DNA from: a virus
Lineage: Duplodnaviria > Caudoviricetes
Direction: 5' to 3' (one strand)
Virus record (IMG/VR): IMGVR_UViG_3300014208_000084
Coordinates: 1-37,562 of that record
DNA length: 37,562 nucleotides
In this document: positions 1 to 8,272 of the stretch, in pieces
Layout of the letters: each line of letters opens with the position of its first letter
Position numbering within the stretch: position 1 is the stretch's first letter
The notes under the pieces: model-generated
The model's input: the letters and a program-made list of their open reading frames with translations, nothing else
Database searches by the model: none
Told to the model about the DNA's origin: nothing
Position numbers and translations under genes: made by a program

Positions 1-29
1 TCGCCATATCCAATTTTACTAAGATCCAT
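1..29 (-). CDS. 5' end of host gene (MDLSKIGYG...), possibly inorganic pyrophosphatase; partial
   Basis: ATG at 29 on the - strand with GAGG RBS (37-40) and TG-T-TACAAT extended -10 (64-72). The N-terminus resembles Campylobacterota Ppa (MDLSKI...), but only 9 codons are visible. Confidence 0.4.
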
Positions 30-105
30 TTGCGTACCTCTTTATCATTATTTATTGGTGCGGATTGTAACAAAATTATCTTTGAGCTATATTGAAACGG
101 TTCAG

Positions 106-123
106 TAAATTAATTTTAATGAA
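106..123 (+). repeat. attL core TAAATTAATTTTAATGAA
   Basis: Identical to 37440..37457; lies just outside the integrase stop codon. Confidence 0.8.
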
Positions 124-150
124 ATGTTCCGTCTCTATCGGGCTTAGATT

Positions 151-1218
151 CTAGTTTGTACCGCTTTTGTACCGTTTATTCAAGAACCCTATTACCATCT
201 TTTCTTTTTTTGGCATATAGTGGGTGTAAATTTGTAGGGTAATGTTTAGATTTTCATGTCCTAACATATTTGAAACCCATAATGGATCAATCCCATTATT
301 CAGCATCATACTTGCAAACGTATGGCGCGTATTATGCAAGTTTCTAGCCTCTATCTTTAGATTCTTTAGAACCCTTTGATAAAAACCGTAAAAGTGCTTG
401 TTGTGACCATAAAAAGAATTTTTGTCCATAAACACAAACTCATTTTTCAACCCAGTTAATAGCTGTTGAGCTTTCAAATATTTTCGTGCTTCATCAAGCA
501 TCTCAATATCTCTCACACTTGAATGAGTTTTAGCAGTGTTTATCACTCCGCTTGCTATTGTATTGCTGATCGAAATGGTGTCATTATCAAAATCTATATC
601 ATTCCAACGTAATGCAAGTAATTCACCTGATCTTATACCAGTAAAGAATGAAATACCTAAGAAATTCCTAATGCTTCCCTCGGTATTTTTGATAATCAAA
701 TCAATCTCATCAAGAGTAAACGGTTTTGGCTTCTCTTTGGTTACTTTCATCTTTGGCATACTCACCATTTTTACGGGGTTTACCGTCGTGTATTCTCGTA
801 TGATCGCAATGTCAAATAACTCTTTTATTAATACTCTCGCCATAGCTATTGATTGACGTTTAAGCCCTCTTTTAACCAAGGAATCTTGAAACATCTTAAT
901 ATCTATCGGCTTTATATCACTCACAAATTTATTTTTGAAATAAGGTATAATACTCGTTGAGCAAGCAGTTCTATACGATAAGATAGAGTTGTGCTTCAAT
1001 GAGCTTTCTTTGCCACTCATAACCTCTTCTAAGAGCGTGGTTACGAGTGGTGCATCTATACTTACAAAGCTTAAATCTTCCGCAAGATTTCCACTTTTAA
1101 ATTTTCCAATAATGATATTTTTGTTTACAACGGAATACTTAAGTTTCGATGATTTAAACTTGTCACCGAACCCAAAATACAAAATACCACTTCTATTTTT
1201 AAAACGTAACTTTTGCAT
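151..1218 (-). CDS. int: Tyrosine recombinase / phage integrase
   Basis: Catalytic motifs TGIRSGELLAL, HNTRHTFAS and LGH...TLQIYTH. Confidence 0.95.
   Translation of the reverse strand: MQKLRFKNRSGILYFGFGDKFKSSKLKYSVVNKNIIIGKFKSGNLAEDLSFVSIDAPLVTTLLEEVMSGKESSLKHNSILSYRTACSTSIIPYFKNKFVSDIKPIDIKMFQDSLVKRGLKRQSIAMARVLIKELFDIAIIREYTTVNPVKMVSMPKMKVTKEKPKPFTLDEIDLIIKNTEGSIRNFLGISFFTGIRSGELLALRWNDIDFDNDTISISNTIASGVINTAKTHSSVRDIEMLDEARKYLKAQQLLTGLKNEFVFMDKNSFYGHNKHFYGFYQRVLKNLKIEARNLHNTRHTFASMMLNNGIDPLWVSNMLGHENLNITLQIYTHYMPKKEKMVIGFLNKRYKSGTN
155..177 (+). repeat. Integrase arm-type sites (tandem TTTGTACCG, 11-bp period)
   Basis: TTTGTACCGCTTTTGTACCGTTT; 22/23 identical to 37317..37339; both copies lie inside the att cores. 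Confidence 0.7.
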
Positions 1219-1495
1219 TAGCTGTTCCTGTTAAGAGTTCATTTCGGAACTCGATAACAGCACTTTCGACAAACACCAACATTCTACCGTTTTTACGATA
1301 GAAATGTTTTCCTTCTTTTAAAAGTCCATTTGAGATATAGTTACCTATTGTCCCTTCACTTTTTTCTAAAAATTTTGCTACGTCTTTTTTTGTGGTGATG
1401 GGAGGCATCATTTTTTTCATGATCGCGCTCATCTCTTCAACTTGTTTCAATAAAGCAGGGATGAGTGCTAAGTTTTTAAAATCATCTGGGTCCAT
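1199..1495 (-). CDS. Excisionase-like HTH DNA-binding protein
   Basis: TKKDVAKFLEKSEGTIGNYISNG HTH-like segment; immediately upstream of and overlapping int. Confidence 0.65.
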   Translation of the reverse strand: MDPDDFKNLALIPALLKQVEEMSAIMKKMMPPITTKKDVAKFLEKSEGTIGNYISNGLLKEGKHFYRKNGRMLVFVESAVIEFRNELLTGTANAKVTF

Positions 1496-1646
1496 TTTTT
1501 ATCTCCTCATACTTCTCACAATCTTTCGACGTTCTGGCAACCATTACGCTTACCGGCATATACTTACAAACTGTCCAGTTTGCATTACTTGCTTTTGAAT
1601 TGTAGTTAGCACAACTTTTGCACTTTTCAAATTTGTCTTTAGCCAT
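1482..1646 (-). CDS. Small Cys-rich protein (54 aa, MAKDKFEKCKSC...), not in the ORF track
   Basis: GAGGAGG RBS; overlaps both neighbours; CxxC plus two further Cys. Confidence 0.6.
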   Translation of the reverse strand: MAKDKFEKCKSCANYNSKASNANWTVCKYMPVSVMVARTSKDCEKYEEIKNGPR

Positions 1647-2178
1647 TGGTTACCTCCTCTATTTTATGTACATAAATAAGTTCGTCACGCAAAAAATAAT
1701 CACTATAGTATGACCACATCTCAAGTTTAGATTCAAAACCAAACTGCTCAGGAGTATAAAAATCACTTTCAAACAACGATATAAAAGCATTGTTAGTCAT
1801 AGCAATTTCAAACGTTGCTAAAAATCGCTTACCGTTAATGATAAACTCCCCCGTCTTGTCCCGCTTACGTGCAGTCCATATTTTGGTACTATCTAAAATT
1901 TTTTGATGGTGATGTGGTGCAAAATTTAATGGGCTATCCTTTTGTCGCATAGGTATTGGGTCAGGATGTCGATGGTTTAAAATAGCATCAATTTTATCAC
2001 GATCCATCCATACTACTATTCCCAATTGGACCATGCCTTTGTGATTAAAACTTGCATCAGTGCCAAAAGTTACTTTATTGTGACCTTTAGCTATTTTTGC
2101 CTCAATAAAACAACTATCCAATGTTTGAAATTTAACGTTCTCGTCGCCGTATTCAGCTATTAGTTTACTTAGTTGCAT
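1639..2178 (-). CDS. Hypothetical protein with C-terminal ASCH-like domain
   Basis: LNFAPHHHQKILDSTKIWTARK and EQFGFESKLEM...IYVHKI resemble ASCH/PUA motifs. Confidence 0.55.
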   Translation of the reverse strand: MQLSKLIAEYGDENVKFQTLDSCFIEAKIAKGHNKVTFGTDASFNHKGMVQLGIVVWMDRDKIDAILNHRHPDPIPMRQKDSPLNFAPHHHQKILDSTKIWTARKRDKTGEFIINGKRFLATFEIAMTNNAFISLFESDFYTPEQFGFESKLEMWSYYSDYFLRDELIYVHKIEEVTNG

Positions 2179-2180
2179 TG

Positions 2181-2519
2181 CTAATCCTTTGGTTCGTAGT
2201 AGTCAGGTCTATTAGTGTTATATAGTCTTGTACATTCATTGTAATTTTCATGGTAGCACTTAGGAATTCCAGCCCAATTATTATGAAGATGCTTACACCC
2301 ATTACAAGTCTTAGGCTTTTTAAACTCTGCTATGTGCATATCTAATATAGATACTGTTAATTGTAATCCATCGATCTTTTTGTCTTTTTCTTTCATCAGT
2401 TCGTCGTGCTCATCATACAGCTGATCTATCACTTCATCAATTGAATAGAGGCTTTTAATATGATTTACATTAACAACCACACGACTTCGGATAGTACTTT
2501 TAGCTTGGGTTCTCGTCAT
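2181..2519 (-). CDS. Phage hypothetical protein (coiled coil + CxxC motif)
   Basis: Packed in the leftward operon; TCNGCKH...C...C. Confidence 0.7.
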   Translation of the reverse strand: MTRTQAKSTIRSRVVVNVNHIKSLYSIDEVIDQLYDEHDELMKEKDKKIDGLQLTVSILDMHIAEFKKPKTCNGCKHLHNNWAGIPKCYHENYNECTRLYNTNRPDYYEPKD

Positions 2520-2731
2520 GACTTTCCCCCTGAGTAATATTCAAGCGCTTCGGTTAGAGCTTCATGCTCTCCATAGTCTTCAATATTTCGTTTTATATCT
2601 GATACTCCCATCCAGTATAGTCCTGCCGACTCACCGTCTTCGAGTACTTCAAGTTGAGCAGCTTGAGCACCACGTTCTTTTCGTAATGGATTAAACCTGT
2701 AAAATTTGAATGTTACGATAACTTCATTCAT
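2516..2731 (-). CDS. Phage hypothetical protein
   Basis: ATGA overlaps with both neighbours. Confidence 0.7.
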   Translation of the reverse strand: MNEVIVTFKFYRFNPLRKERGAQAAQLEVLEDGESAGLYWMGVSDIKRNIEDYGEHEALTEALEYYSGGKS

Positions 2732-3315
2732 GCCGCTCTCCCCATCTCATCTTCTTTTTTAAGTCTAAATGCTCGGAGCTTCCCGTTTACATTATCACCG
2801 CTCTCACGAGCTAAAAGCCCCATAAGATGACCTCCAACCGCCGTTCCATCCAGGGCAGTTTTATCATCTACTATTGAGTTCTCAAAGCGAAATGCATCGA
2901 TGTCGGCACGCTTGATTGTTGTATGTTTTGTGATTATTTTTTCATGGAACAAATAAACCGCTTCGATCAGCGTCACCGCATCTATTTTTAGCTTTTGCTT
3001 TGAGAAATGATCGATAGCATCACGCCAAATCTTGTCGCCCGTCATGCTTGCATTTAGATATCGCTTATGCCGTTTCGCATCGACGATCACAACTCTCTTC
3101 GTCACGTTGGTGAGCGCTGAACCCGAAAACTTACCGCCTACAAAATGTTCTTCTGTCCCGCTTTGCCGACGGCTAAACTTAGTACACTTTTCTTTTAGAG
3201 TTAGGATGGGATCCGTTGTCTCGTCTTCATCATACTCTTCTAAAATCACCCCAATGATATTAATCACGATGATGGTCCGTTCAATTTCTGTGAGTTTCAC
3301 TTTATACTCTCCCAA
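2728..3315 (-). CDS. Phage hypothetical protein (start may be GTG at 3300)
   Basis: 195-codon ORF in the operon, overlapping its neighbours. Confidence 0.75.
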   Translation of the reverse strand: MGEYKVKLTEIERTIIVINIIGVILEEYDEDETTDPILTLKEKCTKFSRRQSGTEEHFVGGKFSGSALTNVTKRVVIVDAKRHKRYLNASMTGDKIWRDAIDHFSKQKLKIDAVTLIEAVYLFHEKIITKHTTIKRADIDAFRFENSIVDDKTALDGTAVGGHLMGLLARESGDNVNGKLRAFRLKKEDEMGRAA

Positions 3316-3476
3316 ACTTTGTTAAGCTTATTTTTGTAATACTGCATTGCTTTTTCATACTTCATGCGTGGCGGAATTCGCGCGCTTATGCTTTGTTGCA
3401 TGCGACTCATTGACTGCGTAAAATCAAGGTTCTGCCGTTTTAAGAAGATATGTTCACCGTGGGTTAATTTAGACAT
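3297..3476 (-). CDS. Small basic protein (59 aa, MSKLTHGEHIFLK...), not in the ORF track
   Basis: TAATG coupling to the upstream ORF; fills the gap in the operon. Confidence 0.55.
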   Translation of the reverse strand: MSKLTHGEHIFLKRQNLDFTQSMSRMQQSISARIPPRMKYEKAMQYYKNKLNKVWESIK

Positions 3477-3697
3477 TACTTTACTTTCTCAAACGTGCCA
3501 TCATCGAGCTTGACGTATAGAATAACTTCGTTGAGGAAGTAATTCCCCCCGACACCACCTTTTACGATTCCCTCAAATGGAGCACCTTTGGCGTTTATCA
3601 CTACTGGGAATGGGACAAACTTACCCTTTGCATCGAGGTGATAACTTCTTTGGTTTGCGCGGGGGCTTGATTTTTTGATTTCTGCATAGAGTTGCAT
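3476..3697 (-). CDS. Phage hypothetical protein
   Basis: AAGGA RBS; 73 aa. Confidence 0.65.
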   Translation of the reverse strand: MQLYAEIKKSSPRANQRSYHLDAKGKFVPFPVVINAKGAPFEGIVKGGVGGNYFLNEVILYVKLDDGTFEKVK

Positions 3698-3831
3698 TGG
3701 TGATCCTTTTTAATTTGTCACAAAATGAATACGTGCGTGTTGGTTGGTTGGACGTATTTAGTCTGGGGCAGTTGTAAGAAAATTTGTTGGGAGTTTTTAG
3801 TGTGGTAATACGGGCGAACCCGCATTCTTAT

Positions 3832-4014
3832 TTAATAGTTATCACTTAAATTTGGTTCTTCATATATTTTAAGTGATGTACCATGAAATGATTTTGTTGC
3901 TGGAGTATTACCATCAAACCATACGCAAAAGTATGAATCTTTTTCATTTGCTTTTTCAATAGTCATTAATGGTCCACCAGATTTAAGTTGAACAACATCG
4001 CCATCTTTAAACAT
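3832..4014 (-). CDS. YodC / DUF2158 family small protein
   Basis: FKDGDVVQLKSGGPLMTI...CVWFDG signature; AAGGA RBS. Confidence 0.85.
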   Translation of the reverse strand: MFKDGDVVQLKSGGPLMTIEKANEKDSYFCVWFDGNTPATKSFHGTSLKIYEEPNLSDNY

Positions 4015-4072
4015 TTTTTATCCTTTCGTTTAAGATACTAGCATTGTAGGTATGGTTTACTTAATAAGATAA

Positions 4073-4432
4073 TTAACCATACGAATTCCTCATAAACGAC
4101 TTCAGAAGCGGGTTATTATCCATACTTTCAAGCTCATGATCGATAGGTATTCGAACACAATCTATAGCTTCACCAACTTTTTCGTTTTGCATGTTCCATC
4201 TTCGGCAAATCTCTTCACCTAAAAACTTCGCACTTTCAAAAACTGCATCGGCATCGACTGCACGTTTTGAGGCATAGAGTTTAATCTGAGCAAAAGGGAT
4301 ATTCCACCCACCGCCTCTAAAGCAAAGCTCAACATTCCCGTAGCGCTCTTTTGAGATACAAAGCAATTCCAAATCTTCTACTGTATCCGTGTCGTCTGTA
4401 GTGACACCATCTATTCGAAGTTCAAGCTTCAT
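4073..4432 (-). CDS. Phage hypothetical protein (likely start 4432)
   Basis: ATG at 4432 forms an ATGA overlap with the upstream small ORF. Confidence 0.65.
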   Translation of the reverse strand: MKLELRIDGVTTDDTDTVEDLELLCISKERYGNVELCFRGGGWNIPFAQIKLYASKRAVDADAVFESAKFLGEEICRRWNMQNEKVGEAIDCVRIPIDHELESMDNNPLLKSFMRNSYG

Positions 4433-4569
4433 TTCTTCCCCCACTTAGCATCTTTGGAGTTTTCACCCCATCCTCTTTTCTTGCAGCGCACATAATCAAT
4501 CGTGACCGCCACTAAAAACACCATACCTAGAATAAAAATTTCACACTCTACGCAGTCTTGAATAAACAT
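4429..4569 (-). CDS. Small membrane protein (46 aa), not in the ORF track
   Basis: GAGGAG RBS; TAATG/ATGA coupling; hydrophobic IFILGMVFLVAVTI segment. Confidence 0.5.
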   Translation of the reverse strand: MFIQDCVECEIFILGMVFLVAVTIDYVRCKKRGWGENSKDAKWGKK

Positions 4570-4727
4570 TACGTCTCCTCTATTGTGATTTGGTCGATGG
4601 TGTAGCCGGTGATGACTCCATCAATCTCGACATCGATGTACGTTTTGCCTTGGAAGTTTCGGACACGGATAACTTTCCCGCGAAAGAACCCGACGTTTAC
4701 CCATTGCCCTGGAGTAATTTTTTCCAT
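4569..4727 (-). CDS. Small beta-rich protein (52 aa, MEKITPGQWVNVG...), not in the ORF track
   Basis: Starts 1 nt after the upstream stop; coupled to the next ORF. Confidence 0.55.
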   Translation of the reverse strand: MEKITPGQWVNVGFFRGKVIRVRNFQGKTYIDVEIDGVITGYTIDQITIEET

Positions 4728-4728
4728 C

Positions 4729-5010
4729 CTACACCGCCACAATCAAAAGAGCGCCAATACTGACAACCGTTGCGACTACTTGCCAAAAACCTTGTGACTT
4801 ATGGCGAAATACGGTACCATACAAAAAAGCGACGGTGACAAAATATCCCGAAGCAAATAATGGCGATATGAAAAATGCCAAAACGAGAGGAATAATTACA
4901 GCATGAATAGCACCTTTGAAGGCTTTTTGATAAGCATCGTTCTCTTCGTCGGATACAAGATTTACAGTGACCCCATTTGGCGTGCTAAGGTTGAACGTTT
5001 CTTTTAACAT
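4729..5010 (-). CDS. Small multi-pass membrane protein
   Basis: AAGGAG RBS; about three hydrophobic segments. Confidence 0.7.
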   Translation of the reverse strand: MLKETFNLSTPNGVTVNLVSDEENDAYQKAFKGAIHAVIIPLVLAFFISPLFASGYFVTVAFLYGTVFRHKSQGFWQVVATVVSIGALLIVAV

Positions 5011-5298
5011 TGTTTCTCCTTTTTTAGTTCTTCTATTATTCGTAAAGCTGTCCCTATAGGGAGTCCATTTAACGCTGCATAAATTCTTTTAAACTTCATA
5101 TTAACTCCTATAAATAAGCTCTCTACGTGACTCAGTGAACCACAAAGGGAACCTGCGCCTCGTAGAAAGCTCTTAGAAAAGTGCGTGCCGCCTGATATGC
5201 ATATAGCAGTGGTATCTCTCAGGTTTTTATCTCCACCATCAGTCGAATATTTTTCAATCCTGCTGCACTTTTATAAAAGCTCCCCAAGGGGAACTCGG

Positions 5299-6078
5299 TT
5301 ACACTTGAAACGCTTTTACCCCTTCGATACCCTCACAGATACTCTGTGTGAGTTGTCGGCGTGTTTCCTCTTCTAGTTGGTCGATGTTGTAACAGATCAG
5401 CTCTGCAACAAACGCACCGTCTTGAGCACTTAAAAATAGCTCTGTTTCAAATCGAGTAGTTAAGCCACGATCATTGGTATAGATCGGGAACTCAAACGTG
5501 ATGATCCGTGGGATTTCAACGTTTGCTTTACCGGTTCGGACTGTGGCATCGATGCTGAATTTATTCGAGGCATTGCGCTGAATACTGTCGATCGTTGTGA
5601 TCCCCTGCAAGCTTTCAGCCATCTCGATAATATCCATGTCGTCCGCTTTCTTGTTATCAAGGGCAACGATGAACGGCTCCATACGTTTGAGTAGGCGGAT
5701 GAAATCTTTTTGACTGATTGATCTTCCATTGTTTGATCGGTAATGTTTGTAGTCATCAGTTTGGATCAGAGGCATAAGTGCTGTACTGTCACCGTAATCA
5801 GGTTCTGAGGCTGTGATGTAGTTGAATACAGCTTTGACCTTGCCATCATCATAAAAAAGCTTTGTAGCGTCTGTTTTGTACTCTGTGACGAATGCAATGA
5901 AGTCATCTTTGTTTATGATGCTTTGAGACACTACGTGACGTGCTAATGGCGCCTTAAAGTGGTACGGCTGTTCACGATCATCGATCTTATAATCTTGATG
6001 AATGGCTCTTACACCATTACCTAAAGATACACTTGGTGTTTTGAATGCATCAAGCAACGGTTTTAAAAATTCTCTCAT
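5299..6078 (-). CDS. DUF2303 (YfdQ-like) family phage protein
   Basis: Size, ISQKDFIRLL and IPRIITFEFPIY motifs, and pairing with a YfdP-like upstream gene. Confidence 0.7.
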   Translation of the reverse strand: MREFLKPLLDAFKTPSVSLGNGVRAIHQDYKIDDREQPYHFKAPLARHVVSQSIINKDDFIAFVTEYKTDATKLFYDDGKVKAVFNYITASEPDYGDSTALMPLIQTDDYKHYRSNNGRSISQKDFIRLLKRMEPFIVALDNKKADDMDIIEMAESLQGITTIDSIQRNASNKFSIDATVRTGKANVEIPRIITFEFPIYTNDRGLTTRFETELFLSAQDGAFVAELICYNIDQLEEETRRQLTQSICEGIEGVKAFQV

Positions 6079-6401
6079 TGGTTAACTCCTGGAAGTATTT
6101 GTTGATTTGGACGGTTACGCGATGGCATAAACGTTTGTTCGTTGACAAAGAAGCCTGTTTTGATCTTCGGTCGAGGGATGGTATGACTTACATCTCCAAC
6201 CATAGTGATCTGATCGTCTGCTACTTTGGAAATTTCCAACTTAATAGTGATCGTTGATTTTTTCTCCTGAATCATCGTGGCTTTCACACACGCTTTCAGT
6301 GCTCTGGCGGTGTTATCCGCAATGTCTCCGTTTCCAATAGTTCTAAAAGCATTGATAAACGCATCGATCTCAGAGGCGAAAACCTCTTGGTTTAATTCCA
6401 T
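6075..6401 (-). CDS. Phage protein, YfdP-like partner of DUF2303
   Basis: KKSTITIKLEI...TIPRP...FFVNE...SRNRPNQQIL pattern; ATGA overlap. Confidence 0.6.
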   Translation of the reverse strand: MELNQEVFASEIDAFINAFRTIGNGDIADNTARALKACVKATMIQEKKSTITIKLEISKVADDQITMVGDVSHTIPRPKIKTGFFVNEQTFMPSRNRPNQQILPGVNQ

Positions 6402-6483
6402 AGTGATTCCTTCGGGGTGAGTATTTAATCAGGGTAGGGCCCTTACCCTCATATAGACACTCTTTTTTCACGGTGAAACCCTC

Positions 6484-6527
6484 TGATATAATGTTGTTGC
6501 AACACAAATCAAACAAAAGGCTCCATA
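6484..6527 (+). promoter_or_regulatory. Extended -10 promoter (TGATATAAT) with GTTGCAAC palindrome and leader
   Basis: A near-identical arrangement occurs on the - strand at 12549..12593. Confidence 0.65.
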
Positions 6528-6761
6528 ATGGAAAATGAATATATAAATGCTACAAGCAATGCAATCGCTCTCATTACCATTGCTACAAAAGAGATGATGA
6601 TAAATGTTTCATACGAAACAGCTATTGCTACAGCTGAACAGCTTGGTACCAATCTAACAGATTCTCAAAAACATACAATACTTGAACGGATAAAATCTAA
6701 ATCCGAACAAAATATTGATCTTTTTATCAAAGCAATAGAGGCTAATTTACAGCAACACTAA
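6528..6761 (+). CDS. Counter-oriented small moron-like protein
   Basis: Own promoter and AAAAGG RBS; opposite strand to the surrounding operon. Confidence 0.65.
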   Translation: MENEYINATSNAIALITIATKEMMINVSYETAIATAEQLGTNLTDSQKHTILERIKSKSEQNIDLFIKAIEANLQQH

Positions 6762-6897
6762 GGTTTTCAGATCTTGCTTGCTTTAGAGTTTTCAATACTT
6801 CTTTTAAAATCTGATTGTAGTATTGTTCATTATGTCTGGAAGCATTTTTGAGTGCTTTAGCAAGGCGCTTCCATGATTTTTTATTTTTATACTTCAT
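6742..6897 (-). CDS. Small basic protein (51 aa, MKYKNKKSWK...), not in the ORF track
   Basis: AAGGAG RBS immediately after a long hairpin. Confidence 0.5.
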   Translation of the reverse strand: MKYKNKKSWKRLAKALKNASRHNEQYYNQILKEVLKTLKQARSENLSVAVN

Positions 6898-7102
6898 AAT
6901 ATCTCCTTGAGTATTTTGTAAACCACCTCTAAAGATGATTTATTAAAAACTCTTTTACCACTGCTTCGTGGCTCAGTCACCCTCACGGCAACTCATCCCA
7001 AACCAGCACCACCGATCAACGGTTTCATTTCACTGTAGGGTTCTCAGGGAAACTCTTCCCCGTATTTGAGCATAGGCTCAATAGATCACACTGATGTGTG
7101 CT

Positions 7103-7363
7103 CTATGAAACTATTTTGATATTGTTCGTTCGGCAGTAGGTGTGGAAGCCGTTGCAATTCTTTTTTAGGTATTCATAAATAAGTGAATCGAGCGGAGTAC
7201 TCTTCCCATTTCTAATTAATTTATCGTGTAAGCGCTGTTTCATTGATGATGGTTTTGCCCCAATCTCTTTGGCCGCTGTCTCAAAGCTCTTACCTGAAAC
7301 GAGCAGTCCTAACTTGACATTTTGGTATAGAGATAAATTCTGGTTAAATGCCATTTCCAACAA
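7103..7363 (-). CDS. Cro-like HTH regulator (likely start 7354)
   Basis: SGKSFETAAKEIGAKPSSMKQRL HTH; divergent from the repressor; first gene of the leftward operon. Confidence 0.7.
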   Translation of the reverse strand: MLEMAFNQNLSLYQNVKLGLLVSGKSFETAAKEIGAKPSSMKQRLHDKLIRNGKSTPLDSLIYEYLKKNCNGFHTYCRTNNIKIVS

Positions 7364-7368
7364 ACCTT

Positions 7369-7396
7369 TTGATATATTTTGGTATCGCGCTATAAT
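7369..7396 (+). promoter_or_regulatory. Candidate repressor promoter TTGATA-16-TATAAT
   Basis: Near-consensus hexamers upstream of the cI start at 7479. Confidence 0.5.
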
Positions 7397-7430
7397 CTGT
7401 TTACGTTATGCAAACGTAAACGAATACGAC

Positions 7431-7460
7431 ATTATAAACATATTTATGTTTAGTTGTCAA
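7431..7460 (-). promoter_or_regulatory. Leftward early promoter TTGACA-18-TATAAT with operator TAAACA-N6-TGTTTA (7435..7452)
   Basis: Perfect hexamers; palindromic operator in the spacer; a variant operator at 7468..7485 covers the cI ATG. Confidence 0.8.
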
Positions 7461-7478
7461 GAGGGTGTGAACAAAAAT

Positions 7479-8258
7479 ATGTTTAATCAAGAAATAGTAG
7501 AAAGATTTATTATAGTTAGAAAAGCACTTGGGTATAGTGATCAAAAGGAATTTGCCCCTAAAATAGGGATTTCTTGGAGAACATTACAAACATATGAGCA
7601 GGGTACTGTAAAGAAAATTCCTCTATCATATATTGAGTCATTAAATAAACAATTTAATGTTTCAAAAGACTGGATATATACTGGAGAAGGGCAAATGCTC
7701 CTAGAAAAATCATCTGTCTCTCAAAATGTAGTAGGCAATGGAAATAACCAAGTTAATGGAAGTGGAAATACTCTCAATGGTATTCCATCCTCATTAGGAG
7801 AGTGTACCATTGAAATGCCCGATGAAAGTGATATGGTAGATATACCATTTCTACATGACGTTTTTGCATCTGCTGGTGGAGGGGCTACGATACCCAATGA
7901 AGTAGATAGTGGTGTTATCAAGTTTTCTACATCATTCCTAAAAGATTTTTTACGGATAGATCGATTCAAAGGGATCCATCTTATTACCGCAACTGGGAAT
8001 AGTATGGAACCAACTATCGTCCCAGGTGAGTTACTTATGGTAAACCCATACGAGAATGAGGATTGTAGGATCAAAGATGGTGCTATTTATATCATCATCT
8101 GCTCAGATTCTGTTTATGTTAAGAGGGTATACCCATCTCCTAAAGAGATGAAGCTAGTGAGTGACAATAAAGATGTTGATGATATTATCATACGGTCGGA
8201 CGATATGGATGGGTGCAAGATCATTGGTCGTGTCGTGGGGCATTTCGATAAACTATAA
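7479..8258 (+). CDS. cI: CI-like repressor (HTH + S24 autopeptidase)
   Basis: N-terminal HTH (QKEFAPKIGISWRTLQTYEQG), ASAG cleavage site, GNSMEPTI Ser motif and YVKR Lys motif. Start placed at ATG 7479 rather than 7269. Confidence 0.92.
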   Translation: MFNQEIVERFIIVRKALGYSDQKEFAPKIGISWRTLQTYEQGTVKKIPLSYIESLNKQFNVSKDWIYTGEGQMLLEKSSVSQNVVGNGNNQVNGSGNTLNGIPSSLGECTIEMPDESDMVDIPFLHDVFASAGGGATIPNEVDSGVIKFSTSFLKDFLRIDRFKGIHLITATGNSMEPTIVPGELLMVNPYENEDCRIKDGAIYIIICSDSVYVKRVYPSPKEMKLVSDNKDVDDIIIRSDDMDGCKIIGRVVGHFDKL

Positions 8259-8272
8259 AAAAAAGGGTATAA

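Noticed and set aside
155-177. 23-bp terminal repeat as the att core
   Set aside because: It is internally tandem, lies inside the int coding sequence and has a mismatch. The exact 18-bp repeat outside it fits the core better, so this is treated as arm-type sites.
7085-7115. CTGATG...GAAA as a hammerhead ribozyme
   Set aside because: The core reads CTGATGT rather than CTGANGA, and the required stems are not evident.
7269-7478. 70-aa N-terminal extension of CI
   Set aside because: It overlaps the Cro-like gene and both promoters; the HTH begins after ATG 7479.
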